Shown here: positions 8,591-17,700 of the stretch, piece by piece
Layout of the letters: every line of letters begins with the position of its first letter
Numbering within the stretch: position 1 is the first letter of the stretch
NCBI GenBank assembly: GCA_963845565.1
Contig: CAWJSJ010000001.1
Coordinates: 832,001 to 896,000 of the forward strand
DNA length: 64,000 nt
Origin: an uncultured Methylomirabilota bacterium
GTDB lineage: Bacteria > Methylomirabilota > Methylomirabilia > Methylomirabilales > 2-02-FULL-66-22
Direction: 5' to 3'
Program-made: the position numbers and the translations under genes
Notes under the pieces: model-generated
Told to the model about the DNA's origin: nothing
Databases searched by the model: none
What the model saw: only the letters and a program-made list of their open reading frames with translations

Positions 8591-11134
8591 TCAGGCTGCG
8601 GCAGGTGGGTGCTGCTGGAGGACGCTCTCGATGACCTGATGAACCGTCTCGAACGTGTACGGCTTCTGGATCACCTCGGCCACTCCCGATTCCGCCACTT
8701 GCTGGGGATCGATCTGCGCCCCCCAGCCGGACACCAAGACCACGGGGAGTTGCGGCCTGAGGCGCCGAGCCTCCCGCGCCACATCCCAGCCGCTCATCTC
8801 CGGCATCCCCAGATCGGTGAGCAGGAGGTCGAAGGTCTGGTCGGCGAGCAGCGCCACCGCCGCCGCGCCTCCCGTGACCGTCCAGACGCGATGTCCCTGC
8901 AACTCCAGAAACGAGCGGAGCAGTTGGGCCAATTTCGGCTCGTCGTCGACGACCAAAATACTCGCCCCGCGCGAGGATGGTCGGGAGGTTGCCGGCTCCG
9001 CGACAGGTTCGGGGCCTCCGGCTGGCGCACCGAACGGCCGCGCCGTGTCCTCCGAGGCCGCCGGAAGACGGACGGTGAAGATGGTTCCCTGGCTCGGGCT
9101 AGACTGCACGCCGATCGTTCCTTGGTGTTGCTCCACGATGTTGTGCGCAACCGCCAACCCGAGACCCACCCCCGACCCCTCCTTGGTCGAAAAGAACGGG
9201 TCGAAAATGCGGTCCAGAATCTCGGGCGCCATGCCCGCACCCGTATCTGCAACCGTCATTTCCACCCACGCCGGGGCATCCGCCGCGTGGCGCGGCGCCG
9301 GGCGGGTGCCCAAGGTGAGAAGCCCGCCCTGCGGCATCGCGTCCACGGCATTCAAGATCAGGTTCGTGAGCATTTCACGGAGTTCCGAGGGGTTCCCGCC
9401 CACCTCCGGTACGGGCTGCAGATCCAGATGAATCTCGATCGTGACGCCTCGCGCTTGGACGGCGTTCTTCCAGCGCCCCCGAGTCAGCTCCACCGCCTCC
9501 CGCACGACTTCGGGCAGGTCGATCGCCACACGGTGGGGTTCGCGGCGCGCCCGGGTGTACTCCAGGATGCGGCGCACCATCGCCGCTCCGTCACGGGCCG
9601 CGCGGCGAATCGTTTGGATCTCTTCCTGGCGGTGCGGATCCGCGTCCGTCCGCGCGAGGAGCTCCGCGCTGCCCAGGATCGCGGTGAGCAAATTGTTGAA
9701 GTCGTGGGCCACACCGCTCGCAAGCTCACCGACCGCGCGCAGCCGCTCGGTCCGGTCGGTGCGGCCTTGCGTGTGCCGCAGATGTCGCGTCGTCTTGTCC
9801 GCCTGAAGCGCCAGCCGCGTCGCCGCGATTCCCGCCGCCAGCGCATCCGCCAGGATCGCCAGTCGCGCGATCTCCTCGGCGGTGAACACCCCGTTCCTCT
9901 CGTTCGCGACATTGAGGATCCCGATGACGTCCCCGCGGAACAAGAGGGGCAGCGAGAGGTGGCTTGCCGGTACGTCGGCCCCGGATCCTTCCAGGGCCGC
10001 CAGGCGCCCGCACGATACCACGGTGGGCTGTAGGGGGAGGACCTGCAGACCCGCCAGTCTCCGTGCGCAGTCACAGGGGGCTGCACCGCAAAGCGCCGCC
10101 GCCGACACACGAGGATCGTCCGCGGCGTGCGCCGTCCCACCCAGGAACACCTGGCGGTCCTCCTCGACCGCAACGGGCTGGAGGCCTTCGTCCTGGCCCG
10201 CCCGCAGGAAACACCACGCGAAACGGGCCCCGACGACACTCCCCAGGACCCCCGCCAGGCCACGCGAGATCAGATCGGGTAGCCGCACGCCGGTCCGGGT
10301 GGCCTCCCCAAGCATCCGAAGGGCGTCCGCGAGCCGCGCCTGACCCCGCAGGCGGCTCTCCATTGCCAGCAACTGCTCCTGCTGCACCGCGCCGACTCGC
10401 TGCTCCTCGCTGACATCCAGCAAATACGCGGCGTAGCCGATGGGCCGATGCTCAGGATCGAAGAGCGATACGAGCTTCGTCCGGACCGTCAGGACGGCAC
10501 CGTCTTTGCGGCGAACGTGGTGTTCGCGAAGCGTGATTCCCGCCCGCCGGCACGCCTCCAACTCCGTGGTCAAATTGAACCCCGGCGTCACCACGAAGGC
10601 AGCAGGAGTCTGCCGCCCGATCACCTCCTCGGCCGGGTGCCCGAGCAGGCCCGCGCATCCCCAGTACGTGAAGGTCCCGGCCAGATCCACGCTGTAGATG
10701 CCAATCCGACTGCAACGGGAGATCGTTTCGAGGTGCCCCAGGGTCTCGGCAGCCCGGCGCTTCTGGCGCTGCCTGTTCATGAGCTGGGTCAGCAGACCGC
10801 TCATGCGCCCGAGGTCGAACGGCTTGGTGAGGTAGTCGAAGGCGCCGAGCCGGAGCGCCTCGACCGTGGTTTCGGCGCTGGGATAGCCGGTCATGACGAT
10901 GGCGTCCACCTGCGGCTCGGCCTGCCGGGCAGTTTGCAGAATTTGGATCCCGCTGATGTCCCCAGGAAGGATGAGGTCAAGCAGCATGACGTCCGGAGGC
11001 TCGGCCTTGAGCGCCGCCAAGGCGGTGAGGCCGTCAGGGGCGGTGGCCACGCTGTACCCCAGGGTCTCCAAGAGCATGGTGAGCCCCTCGCGCGTCGCCG
11101 GATCGTCTTCCACGATGAGGATGCGTTCCGCCAC
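8591..11134 (-). CDS. Hybrid histidine kinase REC-PAS-GAF-HisKA-HATPase-REC
   Basis: N-terminal REC (ILIVEDD, LLDLILP, YLTKPF), PAS (RRKDGA), GAF (LSLPLLFRGDVIGILNV), GVAHDFNNLL, NLILNAVDAM, C-terminal REC (LLTDLGMP, IQKPY). Confidence 0.92.
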   Translation of the reverse strand: MAERILIVEDDPATREGLTMLLETLGYSVATAPDGLTALAALKAEPPDVMLLDLILPGDISGIQILQTARQAEPQVDAIVMTGYPSAETTVEALRLGAFDYLTKPFDLGRMSGLLTQLMNRQRQKRRAAETLGHLETISRCSRIGIYSVDLAGTFTYWGCAGLLGHPAEEVIGRQTPAAFVVTPGFNLTTELEACRRAGITLREHHVRRKDGAVLTVRTKLVSLFDPEHRPIGYAAYLLDVSEEQRVGAVQQEQLLAMESRLRGQARLADALRMLGEATRTGVRLPDLISRGLAGVLGSVVGARFAWCFLRAGQDEGLQPVAVEEDRQVFLGGTAHAADDPRVSAAALCGAAPCDCARRLAGLQVLPLQPTVVSCGRLAALEGSGADVPASHLSLPLLFRGDVIGILNVANERNGVFTAEEIARLAILADALAAGIAATRLALQADKTTRHLRHTQGRTDRTERLRAVGELASGVAHDFNNLLTAILGSAELLARTDADPHRQEEIQTIRRAARDGAAMVRRILEYTRARREPHRVAIDLPEVVREAVELTRGRWKNAVQARGVTIEIHLDLQPVPEVGGNPSELREMLTNLILNAVDAMPQGGLLTLGTRPAPRHAADAPAWVEMTVADTGAGMAPEILDRIFDPFFSTKEGSGVGLGLAVAHNIVEQHQGTIGVQSSPSQGTIFTVRLPAASEDTARPFGAPAGGPEPVAEPATSRPSSRGASILVVDDEPKLAQLLRSFLELQGHRVWTVTGGAAAVALLADQTFDLLLTDLGMPEMSGWDVAREARRLRPQLPVVLVSGWGAQIDPQQVAESGVAEVIQKPYTFETVHQVIESVLQQHPPAAA

Positions 11135-11316
11135 TTGCGACCTCCACCGCGCCGCCTGCCCGGCAGTGATTCTCCCAGCTGGGGCCCCAGGATTTTCGAG
11201 AGATTACCGCAAATCCCTGCTTGTCGCCAAGACCCAAATGCACGGGTGTACGCATTTCAGACAATGCCTCTCCGCACCCACCGAACGGTCGCGGCGCAAG
11301 CGCCGACGTGGATCGG

Positions 11317-12951
11317 TCACACAGGCTCAGCGCCCGGGGCCGCGCCGGACGAAGACACGGGGCGGGCCGCCGCGGGGTGCGCCGCACACCAGGCGCAGAA
11401 CGCCTCCACCGCGGCGGGGTCGAACTGCGTTCCGGCTCCGCGTCGGAGTTGGTCGATCGCGGCCGCCTCCGACAGTTCCCGCCGATACGATCGTGCGCTC
11501 CGCATGGCGTCGAACGCATCGGCCACCCCGATGATGCGGGCTGCCAGGGGGATGGCCTCGCCCGTCAACCCGTCCGGATAGCCTGACCCGTCCAGCCGTT
11601 CGTGGTGGTGACGCACGATCCGGGCCTCCTCGGTCAGAAATCCCAGCGATCCGAGAATTCGCGCCCCGAGTTGCGGATGCTCACGCATCGCGGCCCATTC
11701 CGCCGCGGTGAGTTCTCCCGGCTTGTCCAGCACCTCATCGCGAATGCCCACCTTTCCCAGATCGTGCAGCAGGGCGGCCGTGTGCACCTGTTCGTCTGCC
11801 AGGACGGACAGCCCCAAGGTCACGGAGATTCCGTGCGCGTACTCCGCCACGCGCATCGAATGTCCCTCGGTGTACTTGTGTTTCGCCTCCAGCGTCACGA
11901 TCAACGACGCCACGCTCGCTTGGAAGGCTTGCTCCAACTGTCGACCCAGGCTGGCGTTCTCCAGCGCGACCGCGGTTTGCGCCGCGAACGCCGCGAGGAG
12001 ATCCGCATCCGACATGCCGAACGGCGGTCCGCCGGCGAGCCGACCCGCACACAACACGCCGACCATCTCCCCATGGATCACCAGCGCCGCAGCGGCGAGC
12101 GGGGCGCCGTAGATCGTCCCGTACCAGGGTTCCCCCTCCGCTCTCATGCCCAGACGCTGCGCCGCCTCCGTCAACGGGAGTAAACCCGCGCGCACCCCGA
12201 GTGTTTCCACGGGCCGGATCGTTCCGCGCTCCAGCAGTCCGAGGCTCGCCTGATTCGCCCCCAACGCGCGCCGCGCGACCTCCAGGCTGCGCCGCACGAG
12301 CGGTGCCAAGCGGTCGCCCGGACGACTCTTCGCAGGCGAAGTCGGGTCCGTGGTAGGTGCCGCACACAGCGCGGCGGAAAACTGGGTCAGGAGCGACAGT
12401 TGACTGGTCTTGCGCAGGAGGTTGGAATCCAAGCGGTCAAGCCCGGATGGTGCCATCCGCGGCGGAAACCCCGCGGAATCCTGTGGAGCCGCGGACAGAC
12501 CCGCGTCCGGCCGCGCGCGCGTCGCCGCCAGACGGTCGAGAACCTCTACCAGTTCAGAAATCGCCACCGGTTTGCGTAAGCACGCCACTACACCCAAGCG
12601 GTCGGCTTCGCTCAGGATCGACGCGTCAGCGCAGGCACTGACCACCACGCACCGCAGGTCGGGCACGTGTGCGCGCAGGAGCGCCAGGAATTCCAGGCCA
12701 TCCATGCCGGGCATTCGCAGATCCGAACAGACGAGATCCGGTGGCTCGCTCCGGAGCGCCCGCAACGCCTCCCCGGCGTCGCCGGTGCGCCGGACATGGC
12801 ACCCCAAGGCCTCGAACGCCTCGGCGAGGTAGGCCCGGCAGTCGTCGTCGTCGTCGACGATGAGTATCCGCCACGGCGGTACCCCCGCCGCGCGCCGATC
12901 CCCGGATTGTGCTCCGCCGGCGGCGAGGTCTGCGGTGGATGGTGTCGACAC
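11317..12951 (-). CDS. REC-GAF-HD-GYP cyclic-di-GMP phosphodiesterase
   Basis: ILIVDDDD/CSDLRMP REC; GAF tail (LAAFAAQTAVALENA); YTEGHSMRV, LLHDLGK, HHHERLDGSGYPDGL. Start position uncertain. Confidence 0.92.
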   Translation of the reverse strand: MSTPSTADLAAGGAQSGDRRAAGVPPWRILIVDDDDDCRAYLAEAFEALGCHVRRTGDAGEALRALRSEPPDLVCSDLRMPGMDGLEFLALLRAHVPDLRCVVVSACADASILSEADRLGVVACLRKPVAISELVEVLDRLAATRARPDAGLSAAPQDSAGFPPRMAPSGLDRLDSNLLRKTSQLSLLTQFSAALCAAPTTDPTSPAKSRPGDRLAPLVRRSLEVARRALGANQASLGLLERGTIRPVETLGVRAGLLPLTEAAQRLGMRAEGEPWYGTIYGAPLAAAALVIHGEMVGVLCAGRLAGGPPFGMSDADLLAAFAAQTAVALENASLGRQLEQAFQASVASLIVTLEAKHKYTEGHSMRVAEYAHGISVTLGLSVLADEQVHTAALLHDLGKVGIRDEVLDKPGELTAAEWAAMREHPQLGARILGSLGFLTEEARIVRHHHERLDGSGYPDGLTGEAIPLAARIIGVADAFDAMRSARSYRRELSEAAAIDQLRRGAGTQFDPAAVEAFCAWCAAHPAAARPVSSSGAAPGAEPV

Positions 12952-13018
12952 GGTCGTCCTCACAGGATGCAGAGCCGGGGGCGCCCTCGCACAGGCTGCC
13001 CGTGTCACGGAGGGGCGC

Positions 13019-13645
13019 TTAGAGAGAGGCGAGGAGGATTCGCTTCTTTTCTTCAAACTCGGTCGTGGTGATGACTCCCTGCCTGTGCAGCGCCCGCATT
13101 CGTTCGAGGCGATGGAAGGCGTCGTCCCGCCCTGTCCCGTCTAGGGGCCCAGCCGAGCCGGGCAACACCGGAAGGTCGCTCAATTCTCGAGCGCGCGGCG
13201 CGGACGGCGAGCCGGTGGTCTCGACGCGACCGGTCAGCCGGACTGCGCGCAACGCCCGCACCTCGCGGCGGAGTTGAACGAGTTCCGCCGCATTGCCCAC
13301 GCGAGCCTGCACTTCCGGAACGTTGATCGGCTTCACGAGCAGATCCGAGACGCCGGCCTGGTACGCCTCCGCGATGATCTCGTCGCTGGCGAACCCGGTA
13401 ATGACCAAACAGCAGACCTCCGGCTCAACGCGCCGCACGGCGCGCACCAAGTCCAGTCCGTTCATGTCCGGCATGCGGAGGTCCGTGATGAGCAAATCAG
13501 GTGGTTGCGCCTCGGCCAGCCGGAGGGCTGCCCTCGGGCGATCCACCGCCGTCACCGCGAACCCGATCTCCTCCAGGATCGCCTGGAGCAACTGAAGACC
13601 GGTCGGATCGTCGTCCACGATCAACACCGAGAGACCGGAGGTCAT
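13019..13645 (-). CDS. Response regulator with a C-terminal SHOCT-like domain
   Basis: REC (LIVDDD, ITDLRMP, LVKP), then coiled linker and LERMRALHRQGVITTTEFEEKKRILL (SHOCT pattern). Confidence 0.8.
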   Translation of the reverse strand: MTSGLSVLIVDDDPTGLQLLQAILEEIGFAVTAVDRPRAALRLAEAQPPDLLITDLRMPDMNGLDLVRAVRRVEPEVCCLVITGFASDEIIAEAYQAGVSDLLVKPINVPEVQARVGNAAELVQLRREVRALRAVRLTGRVETTGSPSAPRARELSDLPVLPGSAGPLDGTGRDDAFHRLERMRALHRQGVITTTEFEEKKRILLASL

Positions 13646-13922
13646 CGCTCTGCACCTCGTGGGCTCTGCCCTGATCTGCAGTCGCCAAAAGACCAAGCTC
13701 CGCAACCACCGCGCGCCGCACCTGGGCTTCTACCTGCAGGCGGTGACCGTGGGCTGAGATCTCCACGCGATCCCCGTCGCCGTTGGCCGCCGCACACGCC
13801 TCGTCCCTCTCTGCACGCACCGATACGGAGGAATCCGCTTCGCCAGAAGCCCGACCCCCCGTTGTGCGCGCACCAGGACGCGGCAGATCCCGGAGCCAAT
13901 CGGCAAGCGCGATCTCGAGCAT
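13497..13922 (-). CDS. Hypothetical protein containing a FlgM-like DRVEIS motif
   Basis: Fills the gap after flaG and contains GDRVEISAHGHRLQ. Its 3' end overlaps the next gene by ~150 nt, so the true extent is uncertain. Confidence 0.3.
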   Translation of the reverse strand: MLEIALADWLRDLPRPGARTTGGRASGEADSSVSVRAERDEACAAANGDGDRVEISAHGHRLQVEAQVRRAVVAELGLLATADQGRAHEVQSDDLRSLGVDRGRRSDRSSVAPGDPGGDRVRGDGGGSPEGSPPAGRGATT

Positions 13923-13930
13923 GCTACGGC

Positions 13931-14248
13931 TTATCCGGTCCGATCCAGCACGACCCCGAGCATCGACTCCATAGCGGCCCGCAGCCGCTGCACTTCTTCC
14001 GCCGGAATCTGCCGGATCACCTGGTGCGTTTCTCGGTTGACGATCTTGATGACCAGCTCCCGGCTCTCCTGATTCACCTCGAACACCAGCCCGACATCCC
14101 CCGCGGGGTCGCGCACCACCGGCTCTGGCGGTCGAGGCCGGGCTGCCGGCTCGCTACGCACGATCCGGGGATCGGGTGGACGAAGCCCCATACCCGACCC
14201 GGGGTTCGCCGCAGCCACCGTTCCGACGGCTTCGATCTCGGTGACCAT
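13931..14248 (-). CDS. flaG: Flagellar protein FlaG
   Basis: LVFEVNQESRELVIKIVNRETHQVIRQIPAEE. Confidence 0.92.
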   Translation of the reverse strand: MVTEIEAVGTVAAANPGSGMGLRPPDPRIVRSEPAARPRPPEPVVRDPAGDVGLVFEVNQESRELVIKIVNRETHQVIRQIPAEEVQRLRAAMESMLGVVLDRTG

Positions 14249-14275
14249 GATACCCTCCGAATCGGGGACCCACCT

Positions 14276-14614
14276 TCAGCGCAAATGATCGAGGTATGCC
14301 GCCGGGGTCGCGGCTCTCGTGGCGTAACACAGGAGGGCGCGACCGCCTGTGTCGAGATGCGACAGCGCCGCCTCCACGCGTTGCATCTCTGCCCGGATCG
14401 CACCGATGGCGTGATTGATCGTCGCCATCACCGGGTCCAGGTCACCGGGACGCACCACGCGACCCTGCAATACGTCGAGGAGGCGTTGCCGGGTCCCCAA
14501 GAGCAACCGGACCTCCTCGAGATTCCCCGTCGCGATCGCGTCGAGTTGCGCGGCACTCACCCGCTCAAGTTCCGCGATCTCTTCTGCGCTGATGAGCGTG
14601 CTCGGCACCGACAT
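14276..14614 (-). CDS. FliT/FlgN-like flagellar chaperone
   Basis: Small helical protein (QLDAIATGNLEEVRLLLGTRQRLLD) directly after fliD; C-terminal AYLDHLR. Confidence 0.55.
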   Translation of the reverse strand: MSVPSTLISAEEIAELERVSAAQLDAIATGNLEEVRLLLGTRQRLLDVLQGRVVRPGDLDPVMATINHAIGAIRAEMQRVEAALSHLDTGGRALLCYATRAATPAAYLDHLR

Positions 14615-14624
14615 GCGGATTCCC

Positions 14625-16070
14625 TCATGCCACCGTAATGGAATCGAGCAGTGACTGCTGGGATTGCAATTGGAGTAACATCTCCTGCAAGGTGGTGTAT
14701 TGGTCCAGCAGCGTGGCTTGCTTGATCTTCAGATACGCTTCTTGCTGCTCGATTGCGCGATTCACGCTGTCGAGCCGCGACGCGGTAGCTGCCAGCGCGT
14801 TGTCCAGCGTCCCGCCGGCCGTGACGAATCCGTTGAGTCGTGTGCTGAGACGATTGGCGACGCCGTCCGGGGAGTTGAAGAGCGCGGTCACCCCGTCCGG
14901 ATTGTCCGTCAGCGCCTTGGTGAACTTGGTCGTATCGCTGATGCTCAGCGTCCCGTCCTTGCCCGCGGTGATCCCGATCTCGGACAGCGCCACCGGCCCA
15001 CCTGGCACCCCGGTGGCGATCCGGCCTCCGACATCCGCGCGGAGATTCATCATCAACGACAGATAGGTGGACTCCGACGCGAGGGTGCCGCGGGTGACCG
15101 CCTTGACCTCCGTCGCTCCCGCGGCCGTCGTGTCCGTGGACACGCTGACGCCGGTCCGCTCCTTGAGGAACTTGATCGTCGTGTTGTACGCGTCGAGGAA
15201 CGCCTGCACCTTGCCCTGGATCGCCTTGTCGTCCGGGCCCACCGTCAGCGCCACGGGGACCGCATCCGCGGTCTGCGTCGCCGTGAGACGGAAGGTGACG
15301 CCGGTCAACACGTCGTCCACGGTGTTGGCCCCGCGCGTGATGGTCAGACCGTCGAAGACGAACCGGGCATCCAGTTGGTCACTGGCATAGAGAAAACCGC
15401 CCGTGGTGCCGCTCGATTGCACCCCGCTGTTTGCGCCCGTCGCCGCAACCAACGTTCCGCTCTGGTCGGCGAGGGCGATCGCGTTGGCGGACCCGCTTTC
15501 TGCGCTTGCCAGCACCAAGCGCGCGGTCGACGGCGAGTCGTTGACGACGGAGGCGGTGACCTTTGCCTCGGACCCATTGATGGCCGCCGCCATCGCACTC
15601 AGCACCGTCCGGTTGTCGTCGGCGGCGCCGATGGCGACCGTCACGTCCGTGTCGACACCGTTCACGGAAATGCGGAACGTGTGCGAGCCCGCACCCACCG
15701 CCCCGACCAGTTCCGTCCCCGCGTGCGACCATTGCGTGGAGACCACGGTGCTCTGTCGGGCGAGCTGTGTCACCAACAGCGTGTGCGTCCCGCTCGTCGC
15801 CCCCGACGAGGCCGTCGCCGTGGCCACGTTCCCGTTACTCGAAATGACCGTCTTCGCCCCGAAGGGAGACAGCGTCCCGGGTCGCACCAACCCTTGGACC
15901 TGGGTGTTCAGCGCGCTGAGATTGCTGCGCAAGTCGGTCAGCGTCGCGGAGCGTTTGTTGAGCGCCTGTTGGTCCGATCGGTATACCTTCGACGCTCCGC
16001 TCTGCCGCTCCAGGTCGATGAGCTGCGCCACGTAGCCACTGAGATCTGAGGTCCCGCTGATCGTCGCCAT
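14625..16070 (-). CDS. fliD: Flagellar filament cap protein FliD
   Basis: VTQLA, RLVLASAESG, DARFVFDGLTITRGANTVDDVLTGVT, FLDAYN, LSEIGIT, C-terminal coiled coil. Confidence 0.95.
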   Translation of the reverse strand: MATISGTSDLSGYVAQLIDLERQSGASKVYRSDQQALNKRSATLTDLRSNLSALNTQVQGLVRPGTLSPFGAKTVISSNGNVATATASSGATSGTHTLLVTQLARQSTVVSTQWSHAGTELVGAVGAGSHTFRISVNGVDTDVTVAIGAADDNRTVLSAMAAAINGSEAKVTASVVNDSPSTARLVLASAESGSANAIALADQSGTLVAATGANSGVQSSGTTGGFLYASDQLDARFVFDGLTITRGANTVDDVLTGVTFRLTATQTADAVPVALTVGPDDKAIQGKVQAFLDAYNTTIKFLKERTGVSVSTDTTAAGATEVKAVTRGTLASESTYLSLMMNLRADVGGRIATGVPGGPVALSEIGITAGKDGTLSISDTTKFTKALTDNPDGVTALFNSPDGVANRLSTRLNGFVTAGGTLDNALAATASRLDSVNRAIEQQEAYLKIKQATLLDQYTTLQEMLLQLQSQQSLLDSITVA

Positions 16071-16110
16071 GCGCCCTCACTGCATCGAGACGGGTCCGGC
16101 GCCCCGGTCG

Positions 16111-16464
16111 TTAGGCGGTCCGACCCGCGACGGCGTCTTCCCACGCCTTCTTCAGTTGCCGCAAGATGTGGGCCGCATCGGTGAAGTGCTGCCGCCGGAT
16201 CTCCCACAAGCAGTACTCGTACAAGCGAAAGAGATCCGTGGCGATTTCACCCGCATCGAAGTTCAGCGCGCCGATCAATTCCGTGACGGCCCGGCTGGCA
16301 CGCTGCGGATCGCGCGCTTCGCACTGTACGATGGCCTGCTCGTACACCATGACGAGCAGTTGCATCGGGCTGGCACTGAGGATCTGCTGGTCGCGGTACT
16401 GACTATACATACCCGGTCGCGGAACCGGTCGGACAGGGGCGTCAAGTAGTGACTGAGGCAGCAT
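16111..16464 (-). CDS. fliS: Flagellin chaperone FliS (short form)
   Basis: YRDQQILSASPMQLLVMVYEQAI, ELIGALNF, LFRLYEY, LKKAWE. Confidence 0.92.
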   Translation of the reverse strand: MLPQSLLDAPVRPVPRPGMYSQYRDQQILSASPMQLLVMVYEQAIVQCEARDPQRASRAVTELIGALNFDAGEIATDLFRLYEYCLWEIRRQHFTDAAHILRQLKKAWEDAVAGRTA

Positions 16465-16491
16465 AGTGTCCTCTCTTGAACGAGGGGAAGT

Positions 16492-16525
16492 CCTCAGGGT
16501 GGGCCGTTACCGGCCCACCCTGAGG
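16492..16525 (-). terminator. Perfect 15-bp stem-loop just downstream of flagellin (terminator, attenuator or mRNA stabiliser)
   Basis: CCTCAGGGTGGGCCG-ttac-CGGCCCACCCTGAGG, with only a weak U-tract after it on the minus strand. Confidence 0.7.
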
Positions 16526-16533
16526 CGTGTGCA

Positions 16534-17373
16534 CTACCGGAAGAGCGACAGCACGCTCTGCGGCGCCGTGTTTGCCTGGGCCAACTGGGCAGTCGCCAGT
16601 TGCCGCAGGATCTGGTACCGGGTAGATTCCACCTGCTCCTTGGCCACATCGGCATCCAGGATACGGCTCTTGGCAGCCGTAGTGTTGACGATGGCCACGC
16701 TCAGGTTGTTCTCCACCAAGCGCATGCGTTGGACCACCGACCCGATCGACTGCACCTGGGTCGCGACCGTGTTGATGGCCGTGTTCACGCTCGCCATCGA
16801 GTTACAGGCCGCCGACGAATCCGTCACGCTGACACTGGTCAGCGAGAGCGCGGTCGCGTCGTAGCTGGCGCTGATGCTGAAGCTGATGTAGTCGGTCTCG
16901 GTGTCGCCCGTCTGGAACCGCCGGTTGGTGAAGGTTCCGTCGAGCATCTTGGTTCCGTTGAACGTGGTCTGCGCCGCAATCCGGGTGATTTCATCCCGAA
17001 GCGCGGTGAGCTGCGTGTTGATGGCGGTGCGCTCCGTGCTGCCCAGCGTGTCGCTGGCGCCCTGCACCACCAGGTCCTTCATGTCGAGCAGGATCTGGTT
17101 GATGTTGTTCAGGCCACCTTCGGCGATGGACAACGCGTTGCTGGCCGTGCCCACCGAATCCAGAGCCACCGAGAGGCCGCGGGCCCGCTTGTCGAACGAC
17201 GTCGCGATGGAGTATCCGGACGGATCGTCCGCCGCCTCGTTGATGCGTCGGCCGGTGGAGAGGCGAAGCTGGCTGATCTCCAGCTTCTTGTTGATGCTCA
17301 TCAGGGAATTGAGGCCGTTCAGGGCACCGATGTTGGCATTGACTCGATTCGCGTCACCGACTGCCATGGTCAT
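16534..17373 (-). CDS. fliC: Flagellin (minimal, ~279 aa, D0-D1 only)
   Basis: RLSTGRRINEAADDPSG, IAEGGL, TTFNG, SRILDADVAKE, LAQANTAPQSVLSLFR. The alternative ATG at 17367 is better spaced from the SD. Confidence 0.97.
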   Translation of the reverse strand: MTMAVGDANRVNANIGALNGLNSLMSINKKLEISQLRLSTGRRINEAADDPSGYSIATSFDKRARGLSVALDSVGTASNALSIAEGGLNNINQILLDMKDLVVQGASDTLGSTERTAINTQLTALRDEITRIAAQTTFNGTKMLDGTFTNRRFQTGDTETDYISFSISASYDATALSLTSVSVTDSSAACNSMASVNTAINTVATQVQSIGSVVQRMRLVENNLSVAIVNTTAAKSRILDADVAKEQVESTRYQILRQLATAQLAQANTAPQSVLSLFR

Positions 17374-17557
17374 CTACCTCCGTGTGAGGGAGCCGCGATC
17401 CGTCGCTGGCTCCCAAGCGGCCGGACGTCCGTGTCCGACCTTCGCCCGCCTTCTCCCGGAAGACACCTTCCGTGTGTGGCGGACAGGGATGGGTTGACTC
17501 TGACGAGAAACGCGTTCACCTCCTTCGCTGGCTGATTCTCGTCCATGAGCGCCATTA
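17374..17557 (-). promoter_or_regulatory. Flagellin 5' leader with multiple CsrA-type ANGGA sites, three in hairpin loops and one in the SD
   Basis: ACAC-ACGGAAG-GTGT (17463-17477), GGAC-ACGGAC-GTCC (17423-17436), GGGAGCC..GCGA-CGGA-TCGC..GGCTCCC (17388-17414), SD ACGGAGG (17377-17383), plus ATGGA and AAGGAGG. Confidence 0.75.
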
Positions 17558-17563
17558 CCATGT

Positions 17564-17590
17564 CTATCGGTCCCGCGGCGAGAAACATGA
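17564..17590 (-). promoter_or_regulatory. Sigma28 (FliA) promoter of flagellin
   Basis: Minus strand TCATGTTT-N11-ACCGATAG versus consensus TAAAGTTT-N11-GCCGATAA. Confidence 0.75.
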
Positions 17591-17700
17591 GGTCGAAATC
17601 ACCCCGGATCTTCCGGTGCCGAATTCGCCGGCGGTACCAACCGGTACCCCACGGCAACCGACGGTAGAGAAGTGCCGCAATTGCGGAATCCGCACGGCGT

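Noticed and set aside
11140..11310. Possible c-di-GMP riboswitch or sRNA in the gap between HD-GYP and the hybrid kinase (also considered 43750-43930)
   Set aside because: No convincing GEMM architecture (GGCAAAC..GAAA tetraloop..GCAAAG) by eye. An Infernal/Rfam scan would decide.
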